Source of the DNA: a virus | Lineage: Duplodnaviria > Caudoviricetes | Reading direction: 5' to 3' (one strand) | IMG/VR virus record: IMGVR_UViG_3300032227_000196 | Span: 1 to 36,203 of that record | DNA: 36,203 nucleotides | Shown here: one piece after another, positions 35,746 to 36,203 of the stretch | Position numbering within the stretch: the first letter of the stretch is position 1 | How the letters are laid out: the number at the start of each line of letters is the position of its first letter | The notes under the pieces: generated by a model | The model's database searches: none | What the model was told of the DNA's origin: nothing | The model's input: the letters and a program-made list of their open reading frames with translations, nothing else | Made by a program: the position numbers and the translations under genes

Positions 35746-35871
35746 TAGTCAAAATAGTCAGTAGTCATTTTGATGCGGGTTGCATTATACGCAAGCTAAT
35801 TTCTAAATCAATCCCCGCGCTATACGCCAGCACTGCGCCGTTTTGCAAATGACTACGGTGACTATTGACTA
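35746..35871. repeat. Second box cluster: 3x TAGTCA ... 3x TGACTA
   Basis: TAGTCA at 35746, 35755, 35762; TGACTA at 35850, 35859, 35866. Confidence 0.8.
35784..35811 (-). promoter_or_regulatory. sigma70-like promoter for the terS/late operon
   Basis: Minus strand TTGATT-N16-TATAAT about 50 nt upstream of ATG 35732. Confidence 0.55.
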
Positions 35872-35981
35872 CCGTTTTCAAAAAATAAAAAAATTCTTCC
35901 ATAGCCTCCGCAAACTTGGCTGGCGGCGTCAAGGCCCTGTGCCCCCATGGTGCGGTGCAACACAAATGCTGCACTGCCACA

Positions 35982-36047
35982 TGGCACGATCCTTGCCTAT
36001 GGGACTGGCACGGTTCTTGCTTGCCGCGCAACTGGCACGATCCTTGC
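35982..36047 (+). promoter_or_regulatory. Three tandem sigma54 (-24/-12) consensus sites
   Basis: TGGCACGATCCTTGC (35982), TGGCACGGTTCTTGC (36006), TGGCACGATCCTTGC (36033) all match TGGCACG-N4-TTGC. Confidence 0.75.
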
Positions 36048-36115
36048 CTAGGGGATTGTGTTGCGCAATATAGAATTGCGTTTTAGTTTTGGGATTGCGT
36101 TTCATGCGGCGGGAT

Positions 36116-36203
36116 GGTCGAGCGCCGGTCGAGCGCCGGTCGAGCGCCGGTCGAGCGCCGGTCGAGCGCCGGTCGAGCGCCGGTCGAGCGCCGGTCGAGC
36201 GCC
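36116..36203. repeat. 11-bp tandem repeat (GGTCGAGCGCC)x8, right end
   Basis: Eight exact copies running to the window end. Confidence 0.98.

Noticed and set aside
36104-36203. Stop-free repeat read as a PVERRSSAGRA repeat peptide from ATG 36104 or 36114
   Set aside because: No convincing RBS; absence of stops is trivial for this unit

Overview
The window is an apparently complete ~36.2 kb tailed-phage genome. It is opened inside an 11-bp tandem repeat (GGTCGAGCGCC) present at both ends, so it is probably a circular assembly. The + arm (~0.5-12.6 kb) carries small early genes, including a partial DNA pol III beta-clamp-like protein, a very acidic protein, a GcrA homologue and a small lipoprotein. 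These are followed by a replication module: DUF2800/Cas4-like nuclease, putative SSB, family A DNA polymerase, HNH-AP2 endonuclease, primase-helicase, VRR-NUC, SNF2-like helicase and endonuclease VII. The - arm (35.7-12.5 kb) is a P22-like podovirus morphogenesis and lysis operon: TerS, TerL, portal, scaffold, coat, gp4- and gp10-like proteins, fibre proteins, ejection proteins, holin and M15 endolysin. GcrA and the GTA-type holin point to an alphaproteobacterial host. No integrase, repressor, tRNA or CRISPR array was seen. The most unusual signals are non-coding: (1) three tandem sigma54 -24/-12 consensus sites preceded by a PhaR-like inverted pair; (2) clusters of TAGTCA/TGACTA boxes on both sides of the terminal repeat; (3) a duplicated 45-nt covarying hairpin ahead of two early genes; (4) a pseudoknot-capable structured element after the SSB gene. 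All family calls come from motif recognition by eye; no database searches were run.
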